DNA from: Terriglobales bacterium
GTDB taxonomy: Bacteria > Acidobacteriota > Terriglobia > Terriglobales > Acidobacteriaceae
Assembly: GCA_025451215.1 (NCBI GenBank)
Contig: JANWKU010000021.1
Coordinates: 5,075 to 69,074, forward strand
Direction of reading: 5' to 3'
Length of the DNA: 64,000 bases
In this document: positions 36,282-45,761 of the stretch, in pieces
Layout: the number at the start of each line of letters is the position of its first letter
How positions within the stretch are numbered: position 1 is the stretch's first letter
Program-made: the position numbers and the translations under genes
Notes under the pieces: model-generated
What the model saw: the letters and a program-made list of their open reading frames with translations, nothing else
Told to the model about the DNA's origin: nothing
The model's database searches: none

Positions 36282-37609
36282 CTGCGGCCTCCCCCGCGAG
36301 AACCTCCGCCACTCCGGCTTCCCATGCTGGAAGCGCCACGGCTTCCGGCCGAGCGAGCACTGGAGCCGTTGTATGCTCCCGCGCCTCCGAACGCGCTCTG
36401 CCTTCCCCCACCACCGCCCGAGGAATCGCGATTCGCGCTACCGGTGGGGCGACTAGCCGTTCCACCTCCGGTGGTTCGACCTGATGTACCGCCTCCACTG
36501 GTGCCAGCATTCGGCGAACGAGAAGCACGCTGGCTAACCTGTTGTTGCGCGTTCGCTCGGCGATTGGCTGCTGATTCTCCTCGTGCGGCACCACCGTACT
36601 GATTCGCGGTTGCTCGATCTGCATAAGGAGTCCCCCCGCGATGCTGCGGGTTGTGACTCCAATTGGAAGTTCCAGCGCTTCGGTTCACGTTCGCGTTGCG
36701 ATTCAGATTAGCGTTGCGATTCACATTAGCGTTGCGGTTGACGTTCACGTTGCGATTGAAGCTGTTGAAATTGTTGATCTGAACGTTATTGCCACCCCAG
36801 CCGCATCCCCAACCCCAGCCGCCGCTCCACATGGCTCCCATTGCAACTCCGACACCAAAAGAAATTGCAGCGCCCGCGGCGTAATATCCCGGCGGCGGAT
36901 AGTAAATTGCAGGATAGGCGTACACCGGCGCTCCATAGACCACCACCGGGCTATATGCAGGCACGTAGATGACATCAGGATTAGCTTGTTCGACGACGAT
37001 CACCGTCTTGTTCTCAACAGTTTTAGTTTCGACTTTCTGTTGCTCGGTCGATTTCAAATTTCCTTTGTCTTTCGCTTTTTTGCGCATGCGTTGCACCGCG
37101 TCCATGACATCGCTCTCTTGTGCCAGAAATGCGTTGCCAAGATCGGTGGTCCACTGGATGTCGTCCGCCAGGCGTTTCACGACGTCCGGAAGACCCGCCA
37201 GCGCTTGAACGCTCGGATCCCAGGGCTGCTTTTCAACTGCTTCAGAAAGCTTCTTATCCTTGAGCTTGGAGTTCTTCGTAAGCCACTGCTGGAGTTGGAT
37301 AATTTCGAGCGGATATGTGGAAGCCGCTAAGGTCTGCGCCAATAAAGGGTCCGGATAGAGTGCAACCGGCGCTACCAGCGAATCCAGCTGGTCTGAAGAT
37401 AGTTTGGCCGGCTGTTTGCTGGACTCGTTATCTTTTTGTCCTTCTGCCAGGGCAAACAAGGCCTGCTGGCCGACTATAAGAAGCCCCGCACATAAAAGAG
37501 CGACAAACTTACGCGCAATTGCAAGCCACAAATTCGATCGGCCATGAGTTTCTACCATCACAACATTTCCCTGACCACCATAGCAATCCTTTTTGCGAAG
37601 ATGAGACAC
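36278..37609 (-). CDS. DUF3300-domain secreted protein with an Asn/Arg-repeat and Gly/Ser/Arg-rich C-terminal tail
   Basis: LDSLVAPVALYPDPLLAQTLAASTYPLEIIQLQQWL is the DUF3300 signature. The ATG at 37558 gives the signal/anchor FVALLCAGLLIVGQQALFALA. The tail reads NRNVNVNRNANVNRNANLNRNANVNRS...GGGSRGGGRR. Confidence 0.85.
   Translation of the reverse strand: MSHLRKKDCYGGQGNVVMVETHGRSNLWLAIARKFVALLCAGLLIVGQQALFALAEGQKDNESSKQPAKLSSDQLDSLVAPVALYPDPLLAQTLAASTYPLEIIQLQQWLTKNSKLKDKKLSEAVEKQPWDPSVQALAGLPDVVKRLADDIQWTTDLGNAFLAQESDVMDAVQRMRKKAKDKGNLKSTEQQKVETKTVENKTVIVVEQANPDVIYVPAYSPVVVYGAPVYAYPAIYYPPPGYYAAGAAISFGVGVAMGAMWSGGWGWGCGWGGNNVQINNFNSFNRNVNVNRNANVNRNANLNRNANVNRSAGTSNWSHNPQHRGGTPYADRATANQYGGAARGESAANRRANAQQQVSQRASRSPNAGTSGGGTSGRTTGGGTASRPTGSANRDSSGGGGGRQSAFGGAGAYNGSSARSAGSRGASSMGSRSGGGSRGGGRR
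36683..36754 (-). repeat. four tandem 18-nt coding repeats (NVNRNA units) in the DUF3300 gene
   Basis: Plus strand reads gttcacgttcgcgttgcg / attcagattagcgttgcg / attcacattagcgttgcg / gttgacgttcacgttgcg. Confidence 0.8.
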
Positions 37610-37678
37610 TTAGCTCAAAGTGCGAAGTTCTTCGTATCGCGCTAACCAAATATGAAAAGCGGATTGGAAGAAGCATGA

Positions 37679-38314
37679 TCAGAAGCGGAACGTCATACCT
37701 CCCGTTATGTCGAATTCGTGCAAGTAGTGTTGATTTCCCACTAACCAGCATCCACCCCAAATTGGATCGCACCAATATCCCGCATTGGTAGTGGTGATAT
37801 AAGTTGGAGCCCATCTCATCTGGCCGCGCAGGCCAAAGTGGTGGCTCACGTTGTACTTCGCTCCTCCGCCAAGCGCATAAGCAAAACGTGTGGCTCCATT
37901 GACGCCACTTGTTTCAGGATTGAGTGCGTTTGCGCCCAAACCCAAAAAGACAAAGGGCCGCAGCTTTGCCTCCCGACCCGTGAAGTGATAAACAAAATCG
38001 CCCATATATTGGTTCTGGCTCAAAGTAAAAATTTTGACGCTTGAAAGACCAGCAACAACGGGTTGGGCACTCGTGTCGGCTTTATTTTGATTCCACTGGA
38101 ACTCAACACCGCCATGTTCGCCAAGTAAATAGCCAACCGTGATTCCATAGTTCACGCCATTCGCAACCTCGATACGATCAAACAGGGAGGTGGACAAATT
38201 AAGCCCGCCATTGATTTGGCTGCCAACGCTTCCTGTGACTTCCACGTTCTGTGCGAACATGGGGGTGGCAAGGCTCTCTAATGTCAAAATCAGAATAAAA
38301 ACCCATATCTTCAT
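37679..38314 (-). CDS. small outer-membrane beta-barrel protein (OmpW/OmpA-barrel-like 'porin family')
   Basis: 211-aa ORF with signal peptide MKIWVFILILTLESLATPMFA. Alternating beta-strand pattern and an aromatic C-terminus ..GGMTFRF. Confidence 0.7.
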   Translation of the reverse strand: MKIWVFILILTLESLATPMFAQNVEVTGSVGSQINGGLNLSTSLFDRIEVANGVNYGITVGYLLGEHGGVEFQWNQNKADTSAQPVVAGLSSVKIFTLSQNQYMGDFVYHFTGREAKLRPFVFLGLGANALNPETSGVNGATRFAYALGGGAKYNVSHHFGLRGQMRWAPTYITTTNAGYWCDPIWGGCWLVGNQHYLHEFDITGGMTFRF

Positions 38315-38485
38315 GACAATTGCCTCCTGGTCGAACTAAAAATCAATTGTTTCGATTTCGCAGATTGGCCCCGAGCTTTTCTGATTTCACCGTTTTACCG
38401 GATGTAAGGAATCGCGCCTATTCGTAGAACTTGCGGAAATGAAGATAATAATTTTTACCGCTGAATCTCTCCGTACTTAGACGAT

Positions 38486-38525
38486 GTACGAAGTGCCAGT
38501 ATTCACTGCTCAGGCAGCTTCGTAC
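38486..38525 (+). promoter_or_regulatory. 12-bp stem hairpin (one bulge) in the leader of the OmpA-family gene
   Basis: GTACGAAGTGCC-15 nt-GGCAGCTTCGTAC, ending 84 nt upstream of the ATG at 38609. Confidence 0.2.
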
Positions 38526-38608
38526 GCTTAGTGATCCATGGGAACATTGCTTTGAACGAACACTAGCGTCTCATCGGAAACGTAAGTAAAAAAGAGAGGG
38601 GCAAACAT

Positions 38609-39493
38609 ATGAGGTATCGTCCGAATAATTTCTGCTTCATGGCCATCGTGTCGATTGGACTGTTTTCTTCACTAAGCGCAATTGCGGTTGCCGATTCTGT
38701 GCAAGTGGAAGGTATTATTAAGGCGCGAGACGGCGATGTGATGATTTTGCAAACGTCAGATTCTCCGCATCTCAAAGTCTTACTCAACAGCGACACTGAA
38801 GTGGGACAGGTACAAGGCGCTTTAAAAGTCCGCCGGAAAGAAATGACCATGGCTGCCCTCATCCCGGGCCTCGCAGTTAATGTCGAGGGCACTGACAACA
38901 ATCAGCACGAACTCGTGGCGAAGAAGGTGTCTTTCAAAGGCAATGACCTGAAGAGTGCTGAAACAATCCAAGCAGGCTTGCACGAGACTCAAGTGCAAAC
39001 ACAGCAGAACAATGCAGCGATAGAAAAGCAGAACATTGCGATACAGCAGCATCAAGAACAGATTTCAGCAAATAAGACAGCTATCGATGCGGCCACCGCG
39101 CGCTTTGGCCAGCTTGATGACTATTACATACTCGATCAAGTGACCATATATTTCGCGAATGGCAAAACCGCGGTAGATCAACAATTTGTTCCCAAATTGC
39201 TGAATCTGGCCGAAAAAGCCGGCACTGTCAACGGTTATGTAATCGAGGTAAAAGGCTACGCTTCCGCAGTTGGCAGCGAGGCTCTGAATCAACGTCTAAG
39301 CGAGGATCGCGCCGACAATGTGACCAACATTCTCGTCCAACAAGGCCGCGTTCCCTTGACGCGAATGCTGGCTCCCGCAGCGATGGGCGAAAGCCGCCAA
39401 GTCGAGACCGCACAAAAAGAGACGGAAGATGCTGTGAATCGTCGGGTGGTAGTGCGTGTATTGCAGAACAAAGCCATTGCTGGATTGCATTGA
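38609..39493 (+). CDS. OmpA-family (peptidoglycan-binding OmpA_C-like) protein with a central coiled coil
   Basis: Signal peptide (..FSSLSAIAVA). Gln-rich coiled coil (LHETQVQTQQNNAAIEKQNIAIQQHQEQISANKTAI). OmpA-like C-domain (YFANGKTAV...VKGYASAVGSEALNQRLSEDRADNV...NRRVVVRVL). Confidence 0.85.
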   Translation: MRYRPNNFCFMAIVSIGLFSSLSAIAVADSVQVEGIIKARDGDVMILQTSDSPHLKVLLNSDTEVGQVQGALKVRRKEMTMAALIPGLAVNVEGTDNNQHELVAKKVSFKGNDLKSAETIQAGLHETQVQTQQNNAAIEKQNIAIQQHQEQISANKTAIDAATARFGQLDDYYILDQVTIYFANGKTAVDQQFVPKLLNLAEKAGTVNGYVIEVKGYASAVGSEALNQRLSEDRADNVTNILVQQGRVPLTRMLAPAAMGESRQVETAQKETEDAVNRRVVVRVLQNKAIAGLH

Positions 39494-39544
39494 TCTACCG
39501 TTTGCAGACCTTTATGTTGGAACGATGCATCCGAAGCGTTGTTC

Positions 39545-40288
39545 TTAATTGTGACTCTTTTTTCTGTGGAGGATTCGACCTATTTCAGGACCAAACTCGC
39601 CAATCCAGTTGATGCCTGTACCTATGAATACCTGAGTAATAGCAGCCTGGTAGCCTCTTATCTGCCACGATGGATTTCCCGGTTCCCAAGTCGTGGCTAA
39701 AGCGGATGCAGAAAAGGCGCCAAGGTAGGGCATGAGTTGCGGCCGGAGCGACTTTTCACTTCGATCGTAGGTTACGAAATTGCGAACTACTGCGTGCCTC
39801 GTTCTCGGCCAGAAGCCGCCACAGCGGCAACGGTCATAACGTGGCTCCCATCCCAAAGCCGCATCTCCAAGAGATATGACAGAATTCTGAATGATGAATT
39901 GAGCTTGCCTGTCAGCCATTCTTTTACCGAAGCCGGAAAGATCTGAGCCCCACTCAGGATTGCGATCCTTAATCTGGTCTCGCAGCGCAAATAATGTTGT
40001 CTTGATGTAAATACCTGGAGTGGTGTACGTTTGCCGCACATATAACTTGAACCGAGCATGAGAGTCCAATGATCGCAGCGGAACTTCCTTTGGAATATAA
40101 GACCCGTAGAGCCAATTCACGTTGATCTGTTTATCAGCATTTGATTGTGCTGCCAAGAGAGGAACGGAATTGTACGCAGCATAAGCAGCGAAAAATAACG
40201 TGACAATTCTTTTGAGTATCGAAAGTGTTCGTATACGAAAGTAGCGATTCGTATTAGTTCCTAGTGTACCCAGGATCAATTGCGGCAT
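39545..40288 (-). CDS. hypothetical secreted protein, last gene of the amide-catabolism array
   Basis: The ORF track gives 39545..40369. The ATG at 40288 leaves the signal-like LKRIVTLFFAAYAAYNSVPLLAAQS. The gene overlaps the upstream stop. No family recognised. Confidence 0.5.
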   Translation of the reverse strand: MPQLILGTLGTNTNRYFRIRTLSILKRIVTLFFAAYAAYNSVPLLAAQSNADKQINVNWLYGSYIPKEVPLRSLDSHARFKLYVRQTYTTPGIYIKTTLFALRDQIKDRNPEWGSDLSGFGKRMADRQAQFIIQNSVISLGDAALGWEPRYDRCRCGGFWPRTRHAVVRNFVTYDRSEKSLRPQLMPYLGAFSASALATTWEPGNPSWQIRGYQAAITQVFIGTGINWIGEFGPEIGRILHRKKSHN

Positions 40289-41492
40289 AACGAAACCGTT
40301 CTTTAGTATTTCCCATGGAAACTTTGACATCTTGGTGAGGAGGCGTGGTAGTTCCCAAGACACGTACATTTACCTGCTCCCAAGCGCGCACTCGTATTCG
40401 GGCTGCATCAAACAGCCGCTCGTAATTATCCCTTCTCACCTTCTTCGATGCCTCTGGCGTCAGCGACTTCCACAATGGAGCGTACAAATCATAGACCTTG
40501 AGATATTCCTTCTGATCTGTCGGAGCTACCTCGTCGGTCCCAAAGAGAAAACGATCCGGATATCGATTGATCAAATCGGCGCTGATCTTGATTGTCTCCG
40601 GACTGCTGACAAGATATTTCGCCACTTCGCTCCAGGAAATATCAAAATAGAGATTGGAGAACGCCGGATTTTTCAGCATAGATTCGAGTACAGCAGCGTG
40701 ATGTTGAACAGGGCGTACTATGCGCCCCATTCCAGTGTGGGCCCAAATGATCGTAGTTTTCGGATGGCGTTTGATTAGATCTCTCATCTGGTCGAGATAA
40801 GCCGGAGGCTTGCCGGGTTTCGGAAAGGGCGTATCCATGTCGTTGTGGATTATGACCAGCAGACCGCTTTCTGCGCAGAAATCAAGAATCCTGCCTAGCG
40901 CAGGATCAGTAAGGCTCGCCACTTCACCGGGAATCTTCCCCGACACGAACTCCTTGTGAATAGTGAATTCGCCGATGCCCGTAAAAACTCCGGGAAAAGT
41001 TTGGAGCACACGCTTGATGTGATCGACAGCGTACATGTCAGACGGGTTAAATCCCGTGATCATAGGATCGAAGCGGGCTTGCTCATCTTTTGTAAGCGAC
41101 TTGTATGCCATCGCGATGTAAGCATCTGTGAACGAGTAGTAATAAAGAGGAGAATCGGATTCGAGATAATAGGTCGGTGCGCGGTCTCCTGAATTACGAT
41201 AGGACCATTGTTGCTGCAGTGGGATGCCAAAAATAGCCGCCCGGCCCACCTTGTCTCCCATGATCCCAAGAAGCTTGTGGATGTCTGTGCCTTCTTGTAT
41301 GTAATTGGTCAGGTGAAGGTGAGAGTCGTTCAGCTCGAACTGTTCCTGCGCTTTTTCGGTCGATTGGGCACATAAACAATTGCAGGCGAGCAGTACAGCG
41401 ACCACATACCAAGCAAACTGCTTGGGTACGCGGCATCGCCCTGAACGCGGCCACCATTGTTCTTTCGCCGCTGCGGTGCCAACCTTCTTCAT
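40254..41492 (-). CDS. amidohydrolase-family (metal-dependent TIM-barrel hydrolase) protein with a signal peptide
   Basis: DSHLHL (HxH metal site), VIIHNDMD, IIWAHTGMG, LFGTDEV (Asp of strand 8). N-terminal FAWYVVAVLLACNCLCAQS. Confidence 0.65.
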   Translation of the reverse strand: MKKVGTAAAKEQWWPRSGRCRVPKQFAWYVVAVLLACNCLCAQSTEKAQEQFELNDSHLHLTNYIQEGTDIHKLLGIMGDKVGRAAIFGIPLQQQWSYRNSGDRAPTYYLESDSPLYYYSFTDAYIAMAYKSLTKDEQARFDPMITGFNPSDMYAVDHIKRVLQTFPGVFTGIGEFTIHKEFVSGKIPGEVASLTDPALGRILDFCAESGLLVIIHNDMDTPFPKPGKPPAYLDQMRDLIKRHPKTTIIWAHTGMGRIVRPVQHHAAVLESMLKNPAFSNLYFDISWSEVAKYLVSSPETIKISADLINRYPDRFLFGTDEVAPTDQKEYLKVYDLYAPLWKSLTPEASKKVRRDNYERLFDAARIRVRAWEQVNVRVLGTTTPPHQDVKVSMGNTKERFRYAAIDPGYTRN

Positions 41493-41552
41493 TGCGGTCT
41501 CCTAGATTTCTTGCGCTTCGAGCACATCGATATCTTCCAAGGATCACCCTCC

Positions 41553-43151
41553 TCAGTAGAGTGCGGTCACGCCGATGGAAAAAATTGGGCCGGTTGTTTG
41601 CCCGACATAGAAACCGAAAGTACTGTTGACAGGTGAATGGTCTACTTCGATCAGCTGTGTGTTCAGCCGGATGTTCCGTGTGTTCCAGGGATAGTAATTC
41701 GTCCCGACGATAAATTCTTTTGGATCGGCAAACTGACCAAAAATATACGAAGTACCCCCATAAAGCTCGAATCTCTTGGGCACGATCATGCTCGCAGCCT
41801 GGGCATAGAACCCAGCATCTCGGATTTCGGCCATCGGCAATTTCCCATCCGCAATGAAATGATCCAGCAACCTTCCATAGCCTTCACCCTGAATCCAGAA
41901 ACCGTGGTATTTCATCCCCACAGCTGCAGAAACCAAGTTGTAATGCGCCCTTTCAACCGTCACACCCGGGACGAGGGAACCGGTATCAAATAGATTGAGG
42001 CTATCAGTAATGCGCAGGGTGGTATTGTTCGCCGGAGTGCCGATTGGCGACTGGCGGTCTTCCGGGCTATATGTATAGGCTAGATTGAAGCGCGTCGCAA
42101 GACTCTGATGATTCTCGTAGTCTCCGAAAGCTCCTCGTGGACCAAATTCACCAGTTGTTGGATACCACGTTAAAGCGGCGCCGGCGGAAAGATTCCGATC
42201 GAGCTTGACGGCTGGTACGTCGAGGTTGCTATTGTTGTTTCCGAACATCCATCTGTACTCAAGCTTCGGCAGCAGGTTTCCCTTGGCGAACAAACCTTGC
42301 GAGAAGTAGGGCCGGAAGAATTCATCCGCCATTACGCGATCATAAGATTCCCAATAGGGATGGGAACCCTGTAGCGATTGTGTACCCGGATAAGCATTCC
42401 ACCCCAATCCAAGCGTCATAATTTTGCCAAAGTTGTAATAGATGGCGCCACCCACGGCCACTTGATTTGTATCCTGTACTGTCCAAAGGAATGTCGAATA
42501 TAGGAACTTTGGGCTGAACAGCCATCCTTGTGAAAACAACATGACCCTATGGAACTGGAAATCTTTGCGAGGAGTGACTTGAATCGGGCGACCCAAATGA
42601 TCGATGGCCGTTTGGTTGCCTGGCAATTGGTCCAGAAATCTGGCAGCCATATAACCGCTGAGATTTAGTTCGCCGTATTCACCCCTTCCAACCGTAAACC
42701 CGCGACCAGGATTGAATTCTCCAAAGATGGCGGGATTACCTCCTGAGGCTTGTGGAAGTTTCTTTTTATCATCAACCTTGCTTTGGCTTTGGCTTTGGCT
42801 TGAGGATTGTGCTGTTTGTTTTTCCGTTTTCCCAACAGCGATTTGAGCCGACGCCGCTCCTGTGCTTTGCTCACTCACATTGACATGCTGATCCACCGTC
42901 TCACGCAGAGTTTTGATCTGCTCTATCAATTCCTCGTTCTGTTTTTGTAGTTGTAGGTTCTGCTTTTCCATCTGCTGGTTCTGCGTCTCGAACTGCTCAT
43001 TCTGTTGAATCAACTGATCAATTACCTTTAATGTGACCGCGCTATTAGTTGCATCCGGTGGGCTTGATGAATTTTGTTGTCCACGCCCGACATTAGCGAT
43101 AGATAAAACTAATGTGAGCAAAACACAACGAAGGATTGCGTGAGATCTCAT
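41553..43151 (-). CDS. putative outer-membrane porin with an N-terminal Gln-rich coiled coil
   Basis: Signal peptide (LLTLVLSIANVGRG). Coiled coil QNEQFETQNQQMEKQNLQLQKQNEELIEQIKTL. Long Gly/Tyr/Asn-rich beta-strand region ending ..IGVTALY. Confidence 0.55.
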   Translation of the reverse strand: MRSHAILRCVLLTLVLSIANVGRGQQNSSSPPDATNSAVTLKVIDQLIQQNEQFETQNQQMEKQNLQLQKQNEELIEQIKTLRETVDQHVNVSEQSTGAASAQIAVGKTEKQTAQSSSQSQSQSKVDDKKKLPQASGGNPAIFGEFNPGRGFTVGRGEYGELNLSGYMAARFLDQLPGNQTAIDHLGRPIQVTPRKDFQFHRVMLFSQGWLFSPKFLYSTFLWTVQDTNQVAVGGAIYYNFGKIMTLGLGWNAYPGTQSLQGSHPYWESYDRVMADEFFRPYFSQGLFAKGNLLPKLEYRWMFGNNNSNLDVPAVKLDRNLSAGAALTWYPTTGEFGPRGAFGDYENHQSLATRFNLAYTYSPEDRQSPIGTPANNTTLRITDSLNLFDTGSLVPGVTVERAHYNLVSAAVGMKYHGFWIQGEGYGRLLDHFIADGKLPMAEIRDAGFYAQAASMIVPKRFELYGGTSYIFGQFADPKEFIVGTNYYPWNTRNIRLNTQLIEVDHSPVNSTFGFYVGQTTGPIFSIGVTALY

Positions 43152-43241
43152 TTACTTATAATCCCCAACAAACAACTCGGCTTTAGTAGCTACGTAAACT
43201 GGATCAGAGGCCGTGTCCTCACGAGCCTGTTACCCCAAGGT

Positions 43242-44303
43242 TCATTTCAGTCCGACGGAGCGCGGCGAAAAAAGATTGATTCCAAGCTGTTCTGCAACAT
43301 AATTAATAGTTTTCTGAGCCTTCACGCTATTGCCGGCCTCATCGAGCGGCGGAGCGAACACGGCAATCGCGCCCTTGCCCGGAAACACTGCAATAATTCC
43401 CCCGCCAACGCCGCTCTTAGCCGGCAAGCCTACGTGCCAGGCCCAACCACCGGATCCGTCATAGAGGCCAGCCATCATCATGGTGGAGAGAATCTCGGGA
43501 ACATTTTCCGATTTGATTACTCGCTCGTGAGTAATAGGGTTAATGCCATCGTTGGCGAGGGTTGCACCCATCACGGCAAGTTGCTTGGCTGTTACCCCGA
43601 CAGAGCATTGCTTCGTATAGACATCCACCGATTCAAGTGGGTCGGCGTATATGCGTTCGTACTTGAGCAACAAAGCTGCGAGGGCTCGGTTGCCCGTGTT
43701 TGTGGCCGCTTCGGACTTATAAACATCTTCCAATAGCGTGAGGTTTTCTCCAGCAGCCTTACTGTAAAAATCAAGAATCATCTGCCACTTCGCATCGGCG
43801 CTGGGAGCTGAAATCAGGCTTACTGTAGCGATTGCGCCAGCATTGACGAACGCATTCCCGGTGTGGCTTGGCATGTCCACAACGGCATCAACGGAATTAA
43901 AGGGGCGTCCAGTTGGCTCGGAACCGATTTTGGCGAACACTGCATCAGGCCCCAGCTCGTTCATGGCGAGGGCAAGACTGAAGACTTTCGAGATTGACTG
44001 AATAGAAAATGCGTGGTCAATATCACCATCGGAGACAATCTGACCGTCTGTGCTTATGGCGACTACGCCGAATAACTTTGAGTCCACCTGGGCAAGCGCT
44101 GGGATGTAGTCCGCATTTTTACCTCCGGTATCGCTCTTGAATTTCTCGTAAGCTTGATCAACAACGGCTTGCACCTGTTCGCGACTAGGTGCCACTGGGC
44201 TGCGCTGAGTGCTGGTTTGAGCAAAGAGTACTGGAAATCCTGCACACACTAAGAATGCAACCAGTGCAAGCCGGGCATTGCGCCTAACACTTATGACTTT
44301 CAT
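43242..44303 (-). CDS. glsA: glutaminase A with an N-terminal signal peptide
   Basis: GGKNADYIPALAQVD, FSIQSISKVF (Ser-x-x-Lys), NAGAI, GLPAKSGVGGGI. The ATG at 44303 is preceded by GGAGG 6 nt upstream and gives MKVISVRRNARLALVAFLVCAGFPVLFAQT. Confidence 0.9.
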   Translation of the reverse strand: MKVISVRRNARLALVAFLVCAGFPVLFAQTSTQRSPVAPSREQVQAVVDQAYEKFKSDTGGKNADYIPALAQVDSKLFGVVAISTDGQIVSDGDIDHAFSIQSISKVFSLALAMNELGPDAVFAKIGSEPTGRPFNSVDAVVDMPSHTGNAFVNAGAIATVSLISAPSADAKWQMILDFYSKAAGENLTLLEDVYKSEAATNTGNRALAALLLKYERIYADPLESVDVYTKQCSVGVTAKQLAVMGATLANDGINPITHERVIKSENVPEILSTMMMAGLYDGSGGWAWHVGLPAKSGVGGGIIAVFPGKGAIAVFAPPLDEAGNSVKAQKTINYVAEQLGINLFSPRSVGLK

Positions 44304-44357
44304 TTCTAACCTCCGTATCAAATACAATTCAAGCCGTTTCCAACAGAGAACCGTCGT

Positions 44358-45761
44358 TCAGAGTTGTAACTGAATACGACTTTGGAAAAATTGGGTGTTG
44401 CCACTTAACCCAAAGCGGTCGAGGTGCCCATAGCCATAGCCAAACTCAAGGCGTACGTATTGGGAGAGGTACCAGTTAAGTTGTTCTGAGAACCTGCCGA
44501 ACCTGCCTCCGCTGATTGTGCCGCTATCGAGATTGATATACGAATATCGAGATACGAGTTCCCATGCGCCGGGACCTCCATCAAAGACGGGCCTTCGCGG
44601 CATTACTGCTCTAAAGAATCCCCCAACTGTGTTATAAGTGCGTGTTTCTCCAGTGATGATCCACGTTGCAACTACGTCACCTCCATTGAATAAGGGGTTA
44701 CGCGTTGAAGGAGACGAGATTTTGTCAATCCAGTATTCGCTGCCGAACAGCCACGATTTTCTGCGGTAATAAATCTCCGGCCCCGTCATAAATGCCGAAG
44801 TTGCGAGGAACTTACCCGTATCGACAAAAAAAGGCGCGGGGAAGGCTTCGGGGCGCGAGCGAAGCTGAAATTGGTTGTCGACGGGTTTCCCGTATTGCAT
44901 ATTGATCCCTATGTGAAGGAGTGAATGCGTGTCTGAAACGGCGCGAATGGGAAGCCATGCGAATCTGGCAACTTCCTGGCTTGAATAAGATGAAAACGAC
45001 TGCCCCTTGGAAAAAATATCGTTGTAATAGCCAAGATTCCATAAAAAGCCATGCTTGGGGTCATATCCCATCCATTTGATTCCGTCTGCGAGCAGCGGAA
45101 CCGTTGCATCGTTCATTGGGGCTCTTTCCATCGTCCAGCCGTCGTAACCTGTCATCACTTTGTTGAGCGAGAATCCTTCCTTTGTGCGGCCAACAAACAA
45201 ATGCCCCCATTTGTTCGGGAGTGCGACCATGATTCCGGTTTGCCGCATTAGCCAAGAGTGAGTGGGGGCGTCATACATGATTCCGACGCTGTAGGTGACG
45301 GATTTCTTAAACTCAGGTAATTTTCCGGAAAGCAGAAACCGGAAATCGCGAAGTTTGAAAGCAGGCGTGAGGGAAAATTGATCCTTACTTTCCTGGTCCT
45401 GGGCAAAAGCGGCATAGTCCACAAGTAATCCGCCTCCAGCACGCGCCGTAATGTACTTCCCATCGAACTCGTTCCAATGTTTAAACCCTCGCGTGGCTTC
45501 CTCGGACTCGTCCGACTCAACCGCGTCGATGTTGTTCTCAATTGTCGGATCAGGCGGAGTTGCCACCGTCGCCTGCTGCTTAGCGGCGGATTGGGGAGGA
45601 GCGGATTGGGCGGTATCTCCGCCTGTCTGCTGCGCGCGGGATAGAGCTGCTGCAAACGTAATAACCACTAATGTGACAATCAAAACAAGCCTTTGCCGCG
45701 CTGTCCCGGTTGTCTTGACACGATGCTGACCCACGCGAAGCCTCCTATCAATACGTCGCAA
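44358..45761 (-). CDS. OprO/OprP-like (phosphate-selective-porin family fold) outer-membrane porin
   Basis: LFVGRTKEGFSLNKVMTGYDGWTMERAPMNDA resembles the Porin_O_P core motif. Signal-like LVLIVTLVVITFAAALSRAQ. The start is ambiguous: TTG at 45761 or GTG at 45734. Confidence 0.6.
   Translation of the reverse strand: MRRIDRRLRVGQHRVKTTGTARQRLVLIVTLVVITFAAALSRAQQTGGDTAQSAPPQSAAKQQATVATPPDPTIENNIDAVESDESEEATRGFKHWNEFDGKYITARAGGGLLVDYAAFAQDQESKDQFSLTPAFKLRDFRFLLSGKLPEFKKSVTYSVGIMYDAPTHSWLMRQTGIMVALPNKWGHLFVGRTKEGFSLNKVMTGYDGWTMERAPMNDATVPLLADGIKWMGYDPKHGFLWNLGYYNDIFSKGQSFSSYSSQEVARFAWLPIRAVSDTHSLLHIGINMQYGKPVDNQFQLRSRPEAFPAPFFVDTGKFLATSAFMTGPEIYYRRKSWLFGSEYWIDKISSPSTRNPLFNGGDVVATWIITGETRTYNTVGGFFRAVMPRRPVFDGGPGAWELVSRYSYINLDSGTISGGRFGRFSEQLNWYLSQYVRLEFGYGYGHLDRFGLSGNTQFFQSRIQLQL

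Noticed and set aside
36641-37330. 229-aa plus-strand ORF, and the question of whether the regular 18-nt repeats at 36683-36754 could be a CRISPR-like array
   Set aside because: The repeats are contiguous with no spacers, are imperfect, and sit in frame inside the DUF3300 gene as NVNRNA units. The plus-strand ORF is a shadow ORF.
42774-42797. GGCTTT/GGCTTG microsatellite-like run
   Set aside because: It is a short in-frame coding run (SQSQSQSK) in the low-complexity linker of the coiled-coil porin and is not an independent feature.
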